Source: Eledone cirrhosa (Eukaryota). Taken from it: DNA of 64,000 nucleotides. Both the position numbers and the translations under genes were made by a program. The first letter of the stretch is position 1. The number at the start of each line of letters is the position of its first letter. The stretch is from assembly GCA_964016885.1 (NCBI GenBank), contig OZ024742.1, forward strand, positions 194,370,001-194,434,000, given 5' to 3'. Below the pieces are notes generated by a model. It ran no database searches and was not told the origin of the DNA. It worked only from the letters and a program-made list of their open reading frames with translations. This document shows positions 52,383-64,000 of the stretch, piece by piece.

Positions 52383-53130
52383 GTATGGATTTACCGAACA
52401 TTTATTATAATGCTCGGTGTGTTTGTAAACAAACATCCCGAATTAAACCGTACAGTGTTTAGCAACCATCGTTGCTCTTTTGTTCAACACTGACAAAGGA
52501 ACGATGTACTACTTAATTCGGGATGTTTGTTTACAAACACACCGAGCATTATAATAAATGTTCGGTAAATCCATACGTACATATATATATATGTGTGCAT
52601 GTGTATATATATACATGCTACTGTACTCTGTATACATATATGTATGTACGTATACATACTTATATTTAAGTAACAGCCGTACTAAGAGTGAGAAATGAAA
52701 TTTCGTTTCATTTTTTCCATTTATCGTTTTCGGTGCGCCCCGCCGACTAACTCACTCGATATGCAAATTAGGCTGCTCAGCCGTTAATATGCATAAGGAA
52801 AGTATATACTTTCAGACATTCAATCATCTGGCAGGAAGGTATAAGGTATTGACGATAGCCAATAAGCTTGAAACTATTACGTCGTTCCTTTGTCAGTGTT
52901 GAACAAAAGAGCAACGATGGTTGCTAGACACTGTACGGCTTAATTCGGGATGTTTGTTTGCAAACACACCGAGCATTATAATAAATGTTCGGTAAATCCA
53001 TACGTACATATATATATATATATATATATATGTGCATGTATGTATATATATATACATACTAATGTACGTCTGTATACATATATGTATGTACGTATACATA
53101 CTTATATTTATGTAACAGCCGTACTAAGAG
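52256..53130. repeat. Composite inverted plus direct repeat
   Basis: 52256-52446 inverted vs 52513-52664; longer copy at 52882-53130; partial copy at 60968-61110. Confidence 0.85.
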
Positions 53131-53210
53131 TATTAACGGCGAAAAACACTTTAACAACATGTGTACCTGTCACTACCACACCAATTCGAACTGCTTGAAG
53201 AGGTCACAGC
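53126..53210 (+). mobile_element. Fragment of the 35080-family PLE terminus ending inside its hammerhead
   Basis: aaacactttaacaacatg...ccacaccaattcgaactgcttgaagaggtcacagc matches the reverse complement of 35168-35250. Confidence 0.75.
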
Positions 53211-53612
53211 CCAGGATGGGTTCCACCAGGCTTAAAATACCCAGAAAACGCCGTATACCACTACGGTTCCCCCACGATTCCATCAGGAGTATTCACGGGA
53301 CCATAGCATACATACTTCTCATAAATGAAATCGACTTTATTTATCCGAAACAGTGTAAATGAAAAGTAATTAGAATTAATAATGAATATGAAATATTCAA
53401 AAGTCTCCAATTGTAAAAATATGTTACAAACACTGGCGACAACAAATTGAATAACAATTCTAGGTATAGCATAAATTACATGTTAGGCCATTAGCATTTA
53501 ATATATACATTCTAGATTGGTGTCTCTTCCATGAATGTAGATCAATTATATTCCGTAAAGCTAAATGTCAAATGCCTACACACACACTCACATACATATA
53601 CTCCTCCCTCTA

Positions 53613-53647
<35 letters not shown>

Positions 53648-53666
53648 CTTTCTCTCCCTCTATAAC

Positions 53667-54471
53667 CTGTTAGTTCTTTCGTTACTTTGGTATGGTGTGT
53701 TAGATTTTGCCTACCACAATGTTTAATTTGTCAAGCTATTTAAACGTATGTTATTACTCTAAGGACCTACCTTGTCGAGTGCTTTGCTAACTCATTTATA
53801 TCGTAGATCGAATTTGCTTGCACACCGCCAAAGATTCGATTTTACTAAGCATCCAATTATATTACTTTCTCCTAGATTTAACAATTAACTAATTAATTTA
53901 ATTAGACAATTCAGTTGATTGGTTAATTATTTGTGTTTGTTTAATAACATCTGGTCGAGAGCTTATTCTGAAAGTTAGCGGAAATTATAATATTTCCTTT
54001 GTCTAACATTTTGAATGACCCGCCAAAAACCGGGGGTTATTTCCCTTGCTGGAAATTACACGTGACAACAAAATATACGATGAGCTGCTGCTAGCGGCAA
54101 CATTTAGTATCTCGCCCCGTTCTTTGGTAGAACGAAATCCTGTTGATGAAATGAATCCTCTGTTCGATCCTGAATACCACGAGCCTGCCAGTTACGTAAG
54201 TCTGATATTTGATTTCGGATTCATAGAAACACTTTAAACGTATAACGTTTGATTTGTCCAGGTGTAATTTTTTCAAACTGTTAGTTCTTTCGTTACTTTG
54301 GTAATGTGTGTTAGATTTTGCCTACCACAATGTGCAATTTGTCAAGCTATTTAAACGTATGTTATTAATCTAAGGACCTACCTTGTCGAGTGCTTTGCTA
54401 ATTCATTCATATCGTAGGTCGAATTTGCTTGCACACCGCCAAAGATTCGATTTTACTAAGCATCCAATTAT
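53667..54471 (+). repeat. Partial tandem: ~195-bp direct repeats with 611-bp period and a hammerhead relic between them
   Basis: ctgttagttctttcgttactttgg...catccaattata at 53667 and 54278; TTGATGA a atgaatcc...ggattcat a GAAA at 54143-54229. Confidence 0.8.
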
Positions 54472-54481
54472 ATATATATAT

Positions 54482-57400
54482 ATTCCACCTGCCACCCCCT
54501 CCTCGCCCACGCCATCCTCCTCTTCATCCAAAACCTCAACCACGACCTCTTCTCCTTCCTCACCTCCACCAAAGCCCGTAAGCTACACTCACTCCTCCCA
54601 ACCACCCCCATCCACCACCACCCGCCCATCCTTATGAGCCCCCCACACCCATCCCTCCCATCCCCGCCACTCTCCACCCTCCCTCTACCCACACCCCTAC
54701 CCAATCTCCACCCTCCACCTCACCCCTCACCACACCCTCCCTTCCTCCCTCACACACACAAACCCCCCCACTTTTTGTCACGATACCCCCTGACCTCCCC
54801 CTCTCCGCACCTGAGCGCTCACTCCTTAGTAGAGGCCTTCGCTTCATACCCCACAATCCGCACAGCGACTAATTCCGCATCCGAACGGAAGTCGAGCGAT
54901 TCGTGCGACGCACGAAGCTACAGGCACATTTCGGTCAAACGCCACCGGCTCCGAACGACCCGGAACCGTTTCTCGCCCTGGGCCGACGACCATCTTCTTG
55001 GACGCCAGCCCCAGGGCAATTTAGCACCCTGGACGCGTTCGTCGATGCCAGCCGTAGCGCCGTAAATCGTTTCGACTTCCGCCACCGTTCCAAACGGAAT
55101 AACATCACACGGGGCGAACTCCTCGCTCTCCGCTCCCCCCGTAGCCGAGATGACATCGTCATCAAACCGATGGATAGGGAGGCGCCGTGGTGGTGTAGCG
55201 CGCGGACCTCGACACGGCCGAAGCCCTCAGGCAGCTCCGTAACCCCCTCTTCTACCGCGCTCTACCCTCCGATCCTACACCCCTCTACCAACAACAAGTT
55301 TCCTCCACCATCCAACACCTTGTCTCCTTCTCCCTCCTCCCCCACCGCTTCCCACCTCATCATCCGCACCCCCGCACCCCCCGAACGCCCACCATCTACT
55401 TCCTCCCCAAACTCCACAAACCCGACAACGCCGGCCGCCCCATCATCTCCGCTTGCAACTGCCACACCGAACTCATCTCCGCCTTTCTTGACTCCATCCT
55501 AGACCCCTTGTCATCACCCTCCCCTCCCACATCTCCGACACCAACCACGCCCTGCGCCTTTTCGACTCCTTCACCTACCCACCCGGCCCACAGCCCTTCC
55601 TCTTCACTCTAGATATCAAGTCCCTCTTTACCGTCATCCTCCACGCCGACGGCCTACGTGCCCTCAAGCACTACCTCGACCTTCGCCTCTCCCCCCTCCC
55701 CTCCACCCCAACCGTCCTTCGCCTCGCCGAGCTGGTCCTCATCCTCTACTGTTTCTCCTTCTGGGGTGAGTTTTACCAACAGGTTACGGGGGTAGCCATG
55801 GGTACAAGAATGGGCCCAAACTATGCCAACCTTTTTGTTGGCCATGTTGTGGCCCAAATCTTTGCCCAGTACACCGGCCCCACGCCCGAACTGTACGGTC
55901 GTTACATCGACGATTGTATCGGAGCCACGACCCTCACCCGAGAACAGCTCGACTCTTTTCTCTCCTTCTTCTGCTCCTTCCATCCCTCCCTCCACTTCAC
56001 CACCTCTATCTCCACCACCCACGTCCACTTCTTCGACATCTCCGTCTCCTTCGACCCCTCCCACCACTCCCTCGTCACCTCCGCCTTCTTCAAACCCACT
56101 GACACCCACTCCTACCTCGACTTCACCTCTTCCCACCCTACACACACTAAACACTCTATTCCCTACTCCCAACTCCTCAGGATCCGCCGCCTCTGTATCC
56201 GAGATGCTGACTTTGAGTCCCAGGCCCTTTCCCTAGTCAGCCATTTAATCCGCAGAGGTTACCCCTCCTCTCTCGTCCACATCGTGCCCGTGCTGTCCAC
56301 CGCTCCACCACCCTCACCCCACTCCACCGCACACCCACGCACCGTCTCCCCTTCCCCATCACCTACCACCCCTCCACCATACCCCTCCACCGCACCATCC
56401 TCCGTCACTTCCGACGCCTCCAGTCCGACGCCTCCACCTTCCACATCTTCCCAGCCCCACCAATCCCCTCCTTCAAACGCGCACGCAATCTCCGCACCCT
56501 CCTCGTCAACAGCTCCCTACCACCCAACCCACGGACCCCCCCGGTTCCCTTCCCTGTTCCAGGCCCCGCTGCAACACCTGTCCCTACATCACCAACACCA
56601 CCACCTTCCAGGGTCCCAACGGCCACTCTCTCTCTGTCCGGCATGCCTTCCGCTGCACCTCCTCCAACCTAGTCTACGGACTTCGCTGCACGGAGTGCAG
56701 CGCAACCTACGTCGGACAGACTGGACGTCGCCTGGCGGACCGGTTTACTGAACACCTCCGAGATATTCGTCTCGGTGGTAGTTCCCCCATTGCCCGCCAC
56801 TTTGGTGCCCCTTGACATTCCGCACACCACCTCACAGTCTGTGGCCTACTCCAATGCCAGGGAACACCCGCCACTCTACTCAGGGTCGAACAACGAACCA
56901 TCTTCACCCTACAGACAACCCCCGCCACCCACCCCCACCCCGCCGGCCTGAACTCCCCACCCTTATTCCTTTAGCCTTCCCCCACACATATCCCCCTCTA
57001 ACATAACTAACACACCCCTCCTTTTCACCGCCCACCCCACAACTAACAATACTAACACCTCCACCCCACACCCGACCACCCTTCCCCAGCTAACTTACTA
57101 ACATCCCTCCCTTCTTCTCCCTCCTCTCCTTATCACACGCACACACCCACCGGTACATATATACACGCGCTCACACTAAACACACACCCTACTACCACCA
57201 CTAACCCTCACCCCCACAGATCCACCCCACCACCCCGCAACTAACATCACTAACACCCCCCGACCCCACGGACACGAACACACACACCCACTTACACCAT
57301 CACTCTACAGGCAACTAACATCACTAACACCCCCCAACCCTACTCACACGAGACCACACACCCTCTTACACCACCCACTCTACACACACTACCACCACTG

Positions 57401-58559
57401 ACGCCCTCTCACACCCGCATTCAACCCTTTCCCCACCTCCAGTATACTAACACCCACTAACACCCCCTTCACCACACACACACTCATCCAAACACGCACA
57501 CACACACCAGTACACTACACTCCCTCCATCGACCCCCACACCCTTCTCTCCCCGCTCCACCCACACCCTTTCTCACACACACACCCATCCCACTAACACC
57601 TCTACTAATACACCCCCCTCCACACTCCAACTTTCACACCTACCCATCCTCTCCCCTGTCCACCGCACACCCGCACACACTGACACACCGACTTTCTTGA
57701 CTTACCATTCTACCCGACTGCTGACCACCTCCCCGCACAAACAGACACATAACCCTCTCCTGCCTTGACCCTGTGACCACTTCCTGTTGCGCGTGCACCA
57801 CACATCTCCCCTCTTCCGACCAATCTCTTCACGGATTACACATATTGAACATCGATCCCTACAATCCCCTACATCCCAAGGATATTACCCAGCATTCCAC
57901 CACATCCTCTATGGAACTTCGTTAAGGACTCACCCACTGACATATACTCAAAAAACTGTTTTTCCCACACGCCACCTACATCCACAACACGCATAAACAC
58001 CACACACACACGTGCGTACCACCACATATTTACACACTCAGCCTCCGGAATCCTCTCCCCCTACCCCTCTGACCCCTCCCCATCCACACACGCCCACACA
58101 CTCCCACCTACACCCCACCCTACACACACCTCTTCCTGACCATGCAACCTCGTTCTTCCCCCAACTCTTACTTTCACATACACACACACACACACGTACA
58201 CCTACACACACACACACCACCTTCAACCCTCCCCGCTCGGACACCCCGCCTCTCTCTCCCCACTCCACCCGCCACCTCCCCTATACGCCCCACACCCTTG
58301 CACCACCTGTTTTACTTCATGTTTATTTTTATTATGCTTTTATATTTAATTTCATTTGTACCGTTTCGTCTCACCCCCTTTTTTCTATATGTCCCTCCAC
58401 CACTCCCCTACACACCCTTGGAACTCTCTTCCCACACACTTTTCACCTGAAGAAGGGCTTATGCCCGAAACGTCGTTCCCCACCACCACCCCACTCTCAA
58501 GAGCGTGAAACTAATAACCATTGTTCGTACTGCCTCGCTTTTGTTCCCGTTCAATTTTT

Positions 58560-58562
<3 letters not shown>
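54482..58562 (+). mobile_element. C-rich Neptune-like PLE, frameshifted, inserted in (TA)n
   Basis: IVIKP.D, YFLPKLHK, FTLDIKSLFT, GVAMGTRMGPNYANLF, RYIDD, KPTD.HSYL...SSHP, CNTC, CTSSNLVYGLRC..C..YVGQT.R.L.DRFTEH; long C/A-rich 3' UTR. Confidence 0.92.
58444..58477 (+). ncRNA. Minimal hammerhead motif at PLE 3' end
   Basis: cac CTGAAGA a gggc ttat gccc GAAA cg TC gt; stem I only 2 bp. Confidence 0.65.
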
Positions 58563-58620
<58 letters not shown>

Positions 58621-60392
58621 TATATACATATATGTGTGTGTATGTATGTATGTATGTATATATATATACATATATATATATATGTGTGTGTGTGTGTGTT
58701 TGTGTGTTTAAGTGTGTGTATTAAGCATAAACAAACAATTCAATCATTTTTTTTTCGATATTAAACCATATGGTGGTTACTTTATAAGTTTATGGTCCAC
58801 ATCTTGGAGAATGATGGACGGCTGACAGACTCAGTCTTCTCGCCACCACCCTCACCTTCACCCTCATCACCCACTTTGCACCTCACCAAGCCGAAGCAAA
58901 CTTCAACACCTGGCCTTTTCATCCCAGAGTGTTGAATATTTGGAAGCCGCTGCTCAGGTATTTACCGAAAGAGTGGATTTACAAGAATTAAAAAAATATT
59001 ATCAACGACTTCTCCGGTTTTGGAGGGCCTGTAAAGTCCGTGTGCACGGCCCCTCCTTTCATGTAACATCCCAGTCATGTGAAAGCCAAACGCACTGCCA
59101 ATTTCCCCAGACCTGCCAAGAAAAAAAACCTATAAACAAAATAGCTTTTATTAAAATCATTAAACGAGTTTCTTACAATTAGTTCTTTATACTTATTTCC
59201 TATGGGATTGATATTGTCTTTCGTCTAATTATTTGGAATGAAAGGAATGACAATTGTATACTGTGGGTGTTTAAATTGAATCGATGCATAGTCAGATGGA
59301 AAGGAAATATTTATTGTAGTATTAGTATTGTAGTAATTTTGTAGGTGTGAAACATAGTAGTATAGTTAGGTGGAAAATAATTATATTTTAGCAATAGTAT
59401 TGGCGTATAAAATAGTACTATATTAGAGGTGTAAAACAAATATATTTTACAGACAAATGTTACACAATGGTGTAAAATATTAACAAATGATAAAAACAAA
59501 ATTAAGCAATGAAAAAATGGGAAAAAGGTTAAAAAAAGATCTGGATGTATAGGAAAGTAAAGGTAAAGACTTGTACGTGCCATAAATGAGAAGTCAAGGG
59601 GGGAAAGAACAAGGCCTATAAGAAAAGGGCAATGTTTGTTGGAAAGAGAGAGGGAATTCGAGAGCATGACATTCTCTACACATATTTCGGGGTGGTGTTT
59701 CGGCTGCATCCTGTTGACAAAACAGCAAAGGTGTTTCCACGGACAATGGCCAGTGACATCCGCTGCAACAGCTATCCTATCTGAAGGGGCTCCTTCCTCA
59801 GACGGGACGGGCAGCTGACGTTCCGATTTTATGGAGGAGATCGGCTGAACCGGGCTCAAGGACGCCTGAGGTCTCGACGGTAACCTGTCTAAAATAGTAG
59901 TGGAGCTGACACTTCGACACAGTTTCTATACCACCAAAACACTGATAAATCAGGTATTAGTAACGCACGATGACTCAGGAACCACTCTAAACACGTGAAC
60001 ACTGTCGAGCAACGCGCTAGCAATAGCAGTCACATCCCCTTCATATACTACCCAACTACCTACATATAGACCCCCCCCCCCCCCCCCAATATGTAATACA
60101 AGATATTTAAAAGGATGGCATGTACACAGCTGGAGTTAATTTTGCCGCAGAATTACTTGATCAGGACTGAACAGAAGCTAAAAAAACAACAGCAACAGCA
60201 ACAGCAACAATTAATACAACAACCAACAACATTCTACATGAAGTATGCTGGAAATAATTAATATATTACAATATTTAACCGGATACTGTACTATGATTAG
60301 ATCGTTATAATGCCCACATTCCTACAAGTAATGTTTAGATGCTGGCCTGGTTCTGTGGGTAAAATATCTCTTCACAACCACGAGGTCAGGTT

Positions 60393-60457
<65 letters not shown>

Positions 60458-60510
60458 TAAAACCAATGAAGAAAAACAAAGAACAAGTTCCTTATATTAA
60501 AAAATTCATC

Positions 60511-60636
60511 ATTTTACGATCGTTTCTAGGATATATATGTGTGTTGGTATGTGTATCATATAGATCTATGTAAACATTTTACAAAATATCAGAAGAAATA
60601 TACATACCTTCACATATATATGCTGTCTTCAGAAAT
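60511..60636 (-). ncRNA. Diverged non-palindromic homolog of the 29960-30103 long-stem-II hammerhead
   Basis: Minus: ttattt CTGAAGA cagca tatatatgtg...cacatatata tccta GAAA cgatcg TA aaatga. Confidence 0.6.
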
Positions 60637-60853
60637 AATAGATATTCTTGTGATCAATTATATTTTATTATACATATTTCAGAGGCACTGGGTTAAGTTT
60701 AATAGTAGGTCCTCATCAGATAAAATATGATGATGCATGACATACCCTGACATAGTAGATCGTTAAGATTCAGTCATGGTAGTGATTACCATATGACAAT
60801 CTATTGTTGTAAAACTCATTCTTTGATGTATTCATTGAACCTTGTTTAACTTT

Positions 60854-60908
<55 letters not shown>

Positions 60909-60937
60909 ACTTTTAAATATATATATATATTTAATAA

Positions 60938-60969
<32 letters not shown>

Positions 60970-61129
60970 GGAAAAAAATGAAACGAAATTTCATTTCTCA
61001 CTCTTAGTACGGCTGTTACTAAATATAAGTATGTATACGTACATACATACATGTATACAGACGTACAGTAGTATGTATATATATACATACATGCACACAC
61101 ACATATATATATACGTATCGTTTTTACCG

Positions 61130-61292
61130 AGGCGGTGGTTTGGCAGTATCGGTAGAGGGTAGGATGCCATGCTTTGACGCAAAGAGTTACCTCCCTTTAT
61201 GGTCTGAGTTCAAATCCCGCCGAGGTTAAAATAAAGTACCAGTAATACACTGGAATAATTGCTGGCCTTGTGCCAAAAGTAGAAATAATTAT
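61130..61292 (+). mobile_element. tRNA-derived SINE (internally deleted)
   Basis: ggcggtggtttggcagtatcggtagaggg...gagttcaaatcccgccgaggtt...aaagtaccagt...gtgccaaaagtagaaataatt. Confidence 0.8.
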
Positions 61293-61904
61293 AATAACTA
61301 CATACCAACCCACTATTATTAACTGTCAACAGACCAACTAATCACTAAATTAACATAATAAACATCCTAACATTTCTTTCACTTTCTTTCACTCTCTCTC
61401 CCTAAAGCTATTTCACCTCTTACCCTATATCCTATATCTCTTAGCCTCTCACCTAACTTCTCATCTATTATGCTATTTATCATTATATTCTCTCTTCCTA
61501 CTCTAACCATCTGTGATTTATCCAATACATATGTATATATTTAATATTTATTTTCATATTAATAATATTCCTACCATCACATCTTTATACTTACACACCA
61601 CTATACCACCACCAGCAGCACCACCACCACCACTATTTTCAACAATCATATTATGTTCATATTTTTTTTTCACGTATATATATTTTTTTTTTACTTATTT
61701 TTTATCATCTTCATTCTAACTTCTTTATTATTATTTTTTACTTTTTCTTTTTTCTTTTTCTTTTTCTTTTTCTTTTTCTTTTTCTTTTTCTTTTTCTTTT
61801 TCTTTTTCTTTTTCTTTTTCTTTTTTTTTTCTTTCTATATTATTGATGTTGTTATTTGAATTCTCCGTAGTATTAATACAGACATCGAGTATAATTTTGT
61901 CAGT

Positions 61905-62010
61905 TATTCCGATGATTTGATTAGGCATACACTGTATTTAAGGTTGAGTGACATAACTTCTAGTGATTAGCAACCTTTAGACATCCTAATCAATGAAACA
62001 CTTGTTAATA
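61905..62010 (+). ncRNA. Hammerhead-like motif, CCGAUGA core, 79-nt stem II insert
   Basis: tatt CCGATGA tttgattagg...cctaatcaat GAAA cacttg TT aata. Confidence 0.65.
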
Positions 62011-62389
62011 CAGTAAATAAAACCCTTTTTGTACTGTTGACAATGTTATTCTTCACTCTTTCACTATATATATATATGATGAGTGCAAACCAGGCCAGCA
62101 ACACGAACCTGTAACATACCCTGAACAAGCAATGCCTGTGCTTTGAAGCTTTTTTTTAAGTGGAGAAAGGACTTGCACTCGACCACACCACTCTATAAGC
62201 ATCGAAAAGGAGAACTGGTCAACATCACCGGCAAATGGCGGATGAACTCAACAGAGTCAACAGCCATCCAAATAGTACTTTCGTTTCCCTTTTTTTTCAC
62301 CTGGGATATAAAGGAGCCCAGTTGTTGTCACAATACCTTTCTAAGTCAGGGAAAATCTAAAATAAAACCTGTGGCTTCGAAGCATCCGA

Positions 62390-62481
<92 letters not shown>

Positions 62482-62482
<1 letters not shown>

Positions 62483-62910
62483 GAATAACGTTAAAACGAT
62501 TTAAGTGACCATATACACCCAGTACTTACTTAATCGATCTCTTTCTATCAAACTGTTAAATTAGGATACGTAAATACAGACATACACACGCTCATACATA
62601 TATATGCACATACAAAACACACATATATGCAATATATCGTAATGTTTAAACATCCTTTCTCATTGCTTTCAAAACACACACACACACATATATATGTATA
62701 TATGGGTGTGTGTGTGGGTGTGTGTGTGTTTTGAATGTAATGAGAAAGGATGTTTAATCATTACGATATATATGTATATATGTGCGCCTTTGTATGTCCA
62801 TATATATGAGCGTGTGTATGTTTGAGTTTACGTATCCTAATTTAACAGTTTGATAGAAAGAGATCGATTAAGTAAGTACTGGGTCACTTAAATCGTTTTA
62901 ACGTTATTCC
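62482..62910. repeat. ~430-bp imperfect palindrome centred near 62695
   Basis: ggaataacgttaaaacgatttaagtgacc...cagtacttacttaatcgatctc...(CA)n | (TG)n...gagatcgattaagtaagtactg...aacgttattcc. Confidence 0.88.
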
Positions 62911-63039
62911 CACACCATGGCTGCAAGTTAATTGTTGAAACTAGTCTAATGCTTAAAGTGTTGGTAAGATTGAATGTAACAATATTGTGGACACATAACA
63001 ATAGGATATGATGATGGGTCGCCATCTTGATATTTCATT

Positions 63040-63174
<135 letters not shown>

Positions 63175-63214
63175 GCCACTACCTCTACTACTACTACTAA
63201 TAATAATAATAATA

Positions 63215-64000
63215 TTAATGCTTTCTTTATTAACCACAAGGGTTTACACAAAGTAGACATTAAGGACAGTACAGGACAATACAGGACGATACAAATGGGC
63301 ATTTCTGCGTGTAAACAAAACAAAAACAGGATGTAATCAAATATAACAATGAAAAATTCCCCCAATAGGGGGGAGACTTCCGAGGGACATTTGTGGAGAA
63401 AGCCCATTAAAAGACCACAGTGTCCCTGACCACCAGGGCAAGTGCCCTCTCCCAGTTTTCCACCTTTAATTTACAGACACATACTCAGAGTAGGCCCATT
63501 CACTCGGGCCATTCTTGCTTCTCTCACCCATCTTTCAACAAAATGCTGGGAAAAGAGCACTTCCCTCTCTACCATGATTTTCCTTTTCAAATGAAATTTG
63601 AAAAAGTTAATCAGGGCATCACCGAACAGGTAAGTGCTCGTCTTCAGCCCTTTCAAACGTGTCCACTATACTATCTCTTTCGCCATGGCCACCATACAGA
63701 TAAAAACTGACTGCCCTTCCCGGCTAAAGGAAGAGGGCGGGGCAATCCTCACGATGGACTCAGCTGATAACTGGATCCGTCCTACACGTGGACGGTATTG
63801 GCGCCCTGCGCGCATATCGGACATGCCCGGCTGACGGAACTTCCATGCCTGTAGAGTTTAGCCCGAACTGGCAAAGCTCCTCGGTAGCACTGCCAGGCCA
63901 GGGATTTCTGGAACGTGTCCATAGGCCCCGGCCTGAAATTTCTTCGGAAGAAATTGGCTAGTTGATTTTCGTCGACGCCTAGAGTTTCTCCAAGTACGGC
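63215..64000 (-). mobile_element. Tx1/L1-like LINE 3' end
   Basis: Minus translation ...RACPICAQ...VAMAKEIV.WTRLK...FVERW; 3' end runs into (TAT)n/(TAG)n microsatellite 63040-63214. Confidence 0.6.

Noticed and set aside
59311-59859. 182-aa minus-strand ORF
   Set aside because: No recognisable domain; the C-terminal half is AT-rich low complexity, probably an unclassified repeat

Overview
AT-rich eukaryotic DNA, saturated with (TA)n/(CA)n/(GA)n microsatellites and transposons. It is most likely a coleoid cephalopod (octopus-like); this is inferred from the SINE families, repeat landscape and receptor type and is not proven. The only host coding sequence I can support is the first coding exon (23891-24259, +) of an orexin/allatotropin-type GPCR, whose next exon is not in the window. 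The rest is mobile DNA: about seven Penelope-like elements (PLEs) or fragments that look like four different clades, an RTE LINE, a Tx1/L1-like 3' end, a full-length decayed Helitron, two further Helitron pieces, an internally deleted mariner and many tRNA-derived SINEs. Most short ORFs in the track are microsatellite noise. The most interesting signal is an RNA-structure one. By eye I find about a dozen type I hammerhead ribozyme (HHR) motifs or relics. Several have unusually long (about 60-115 nt) stem II inserts, palindromic stem III sequences and variant cores (CCGAUGA, UUGAUAA), with base-pair covariation between copies. Many sit in short non-coding fold-back (palindromic) units embedded in (TA)n, where the inversion point falls in or next to the ribozyme. 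All structures were folded manually and no activity has been tested.
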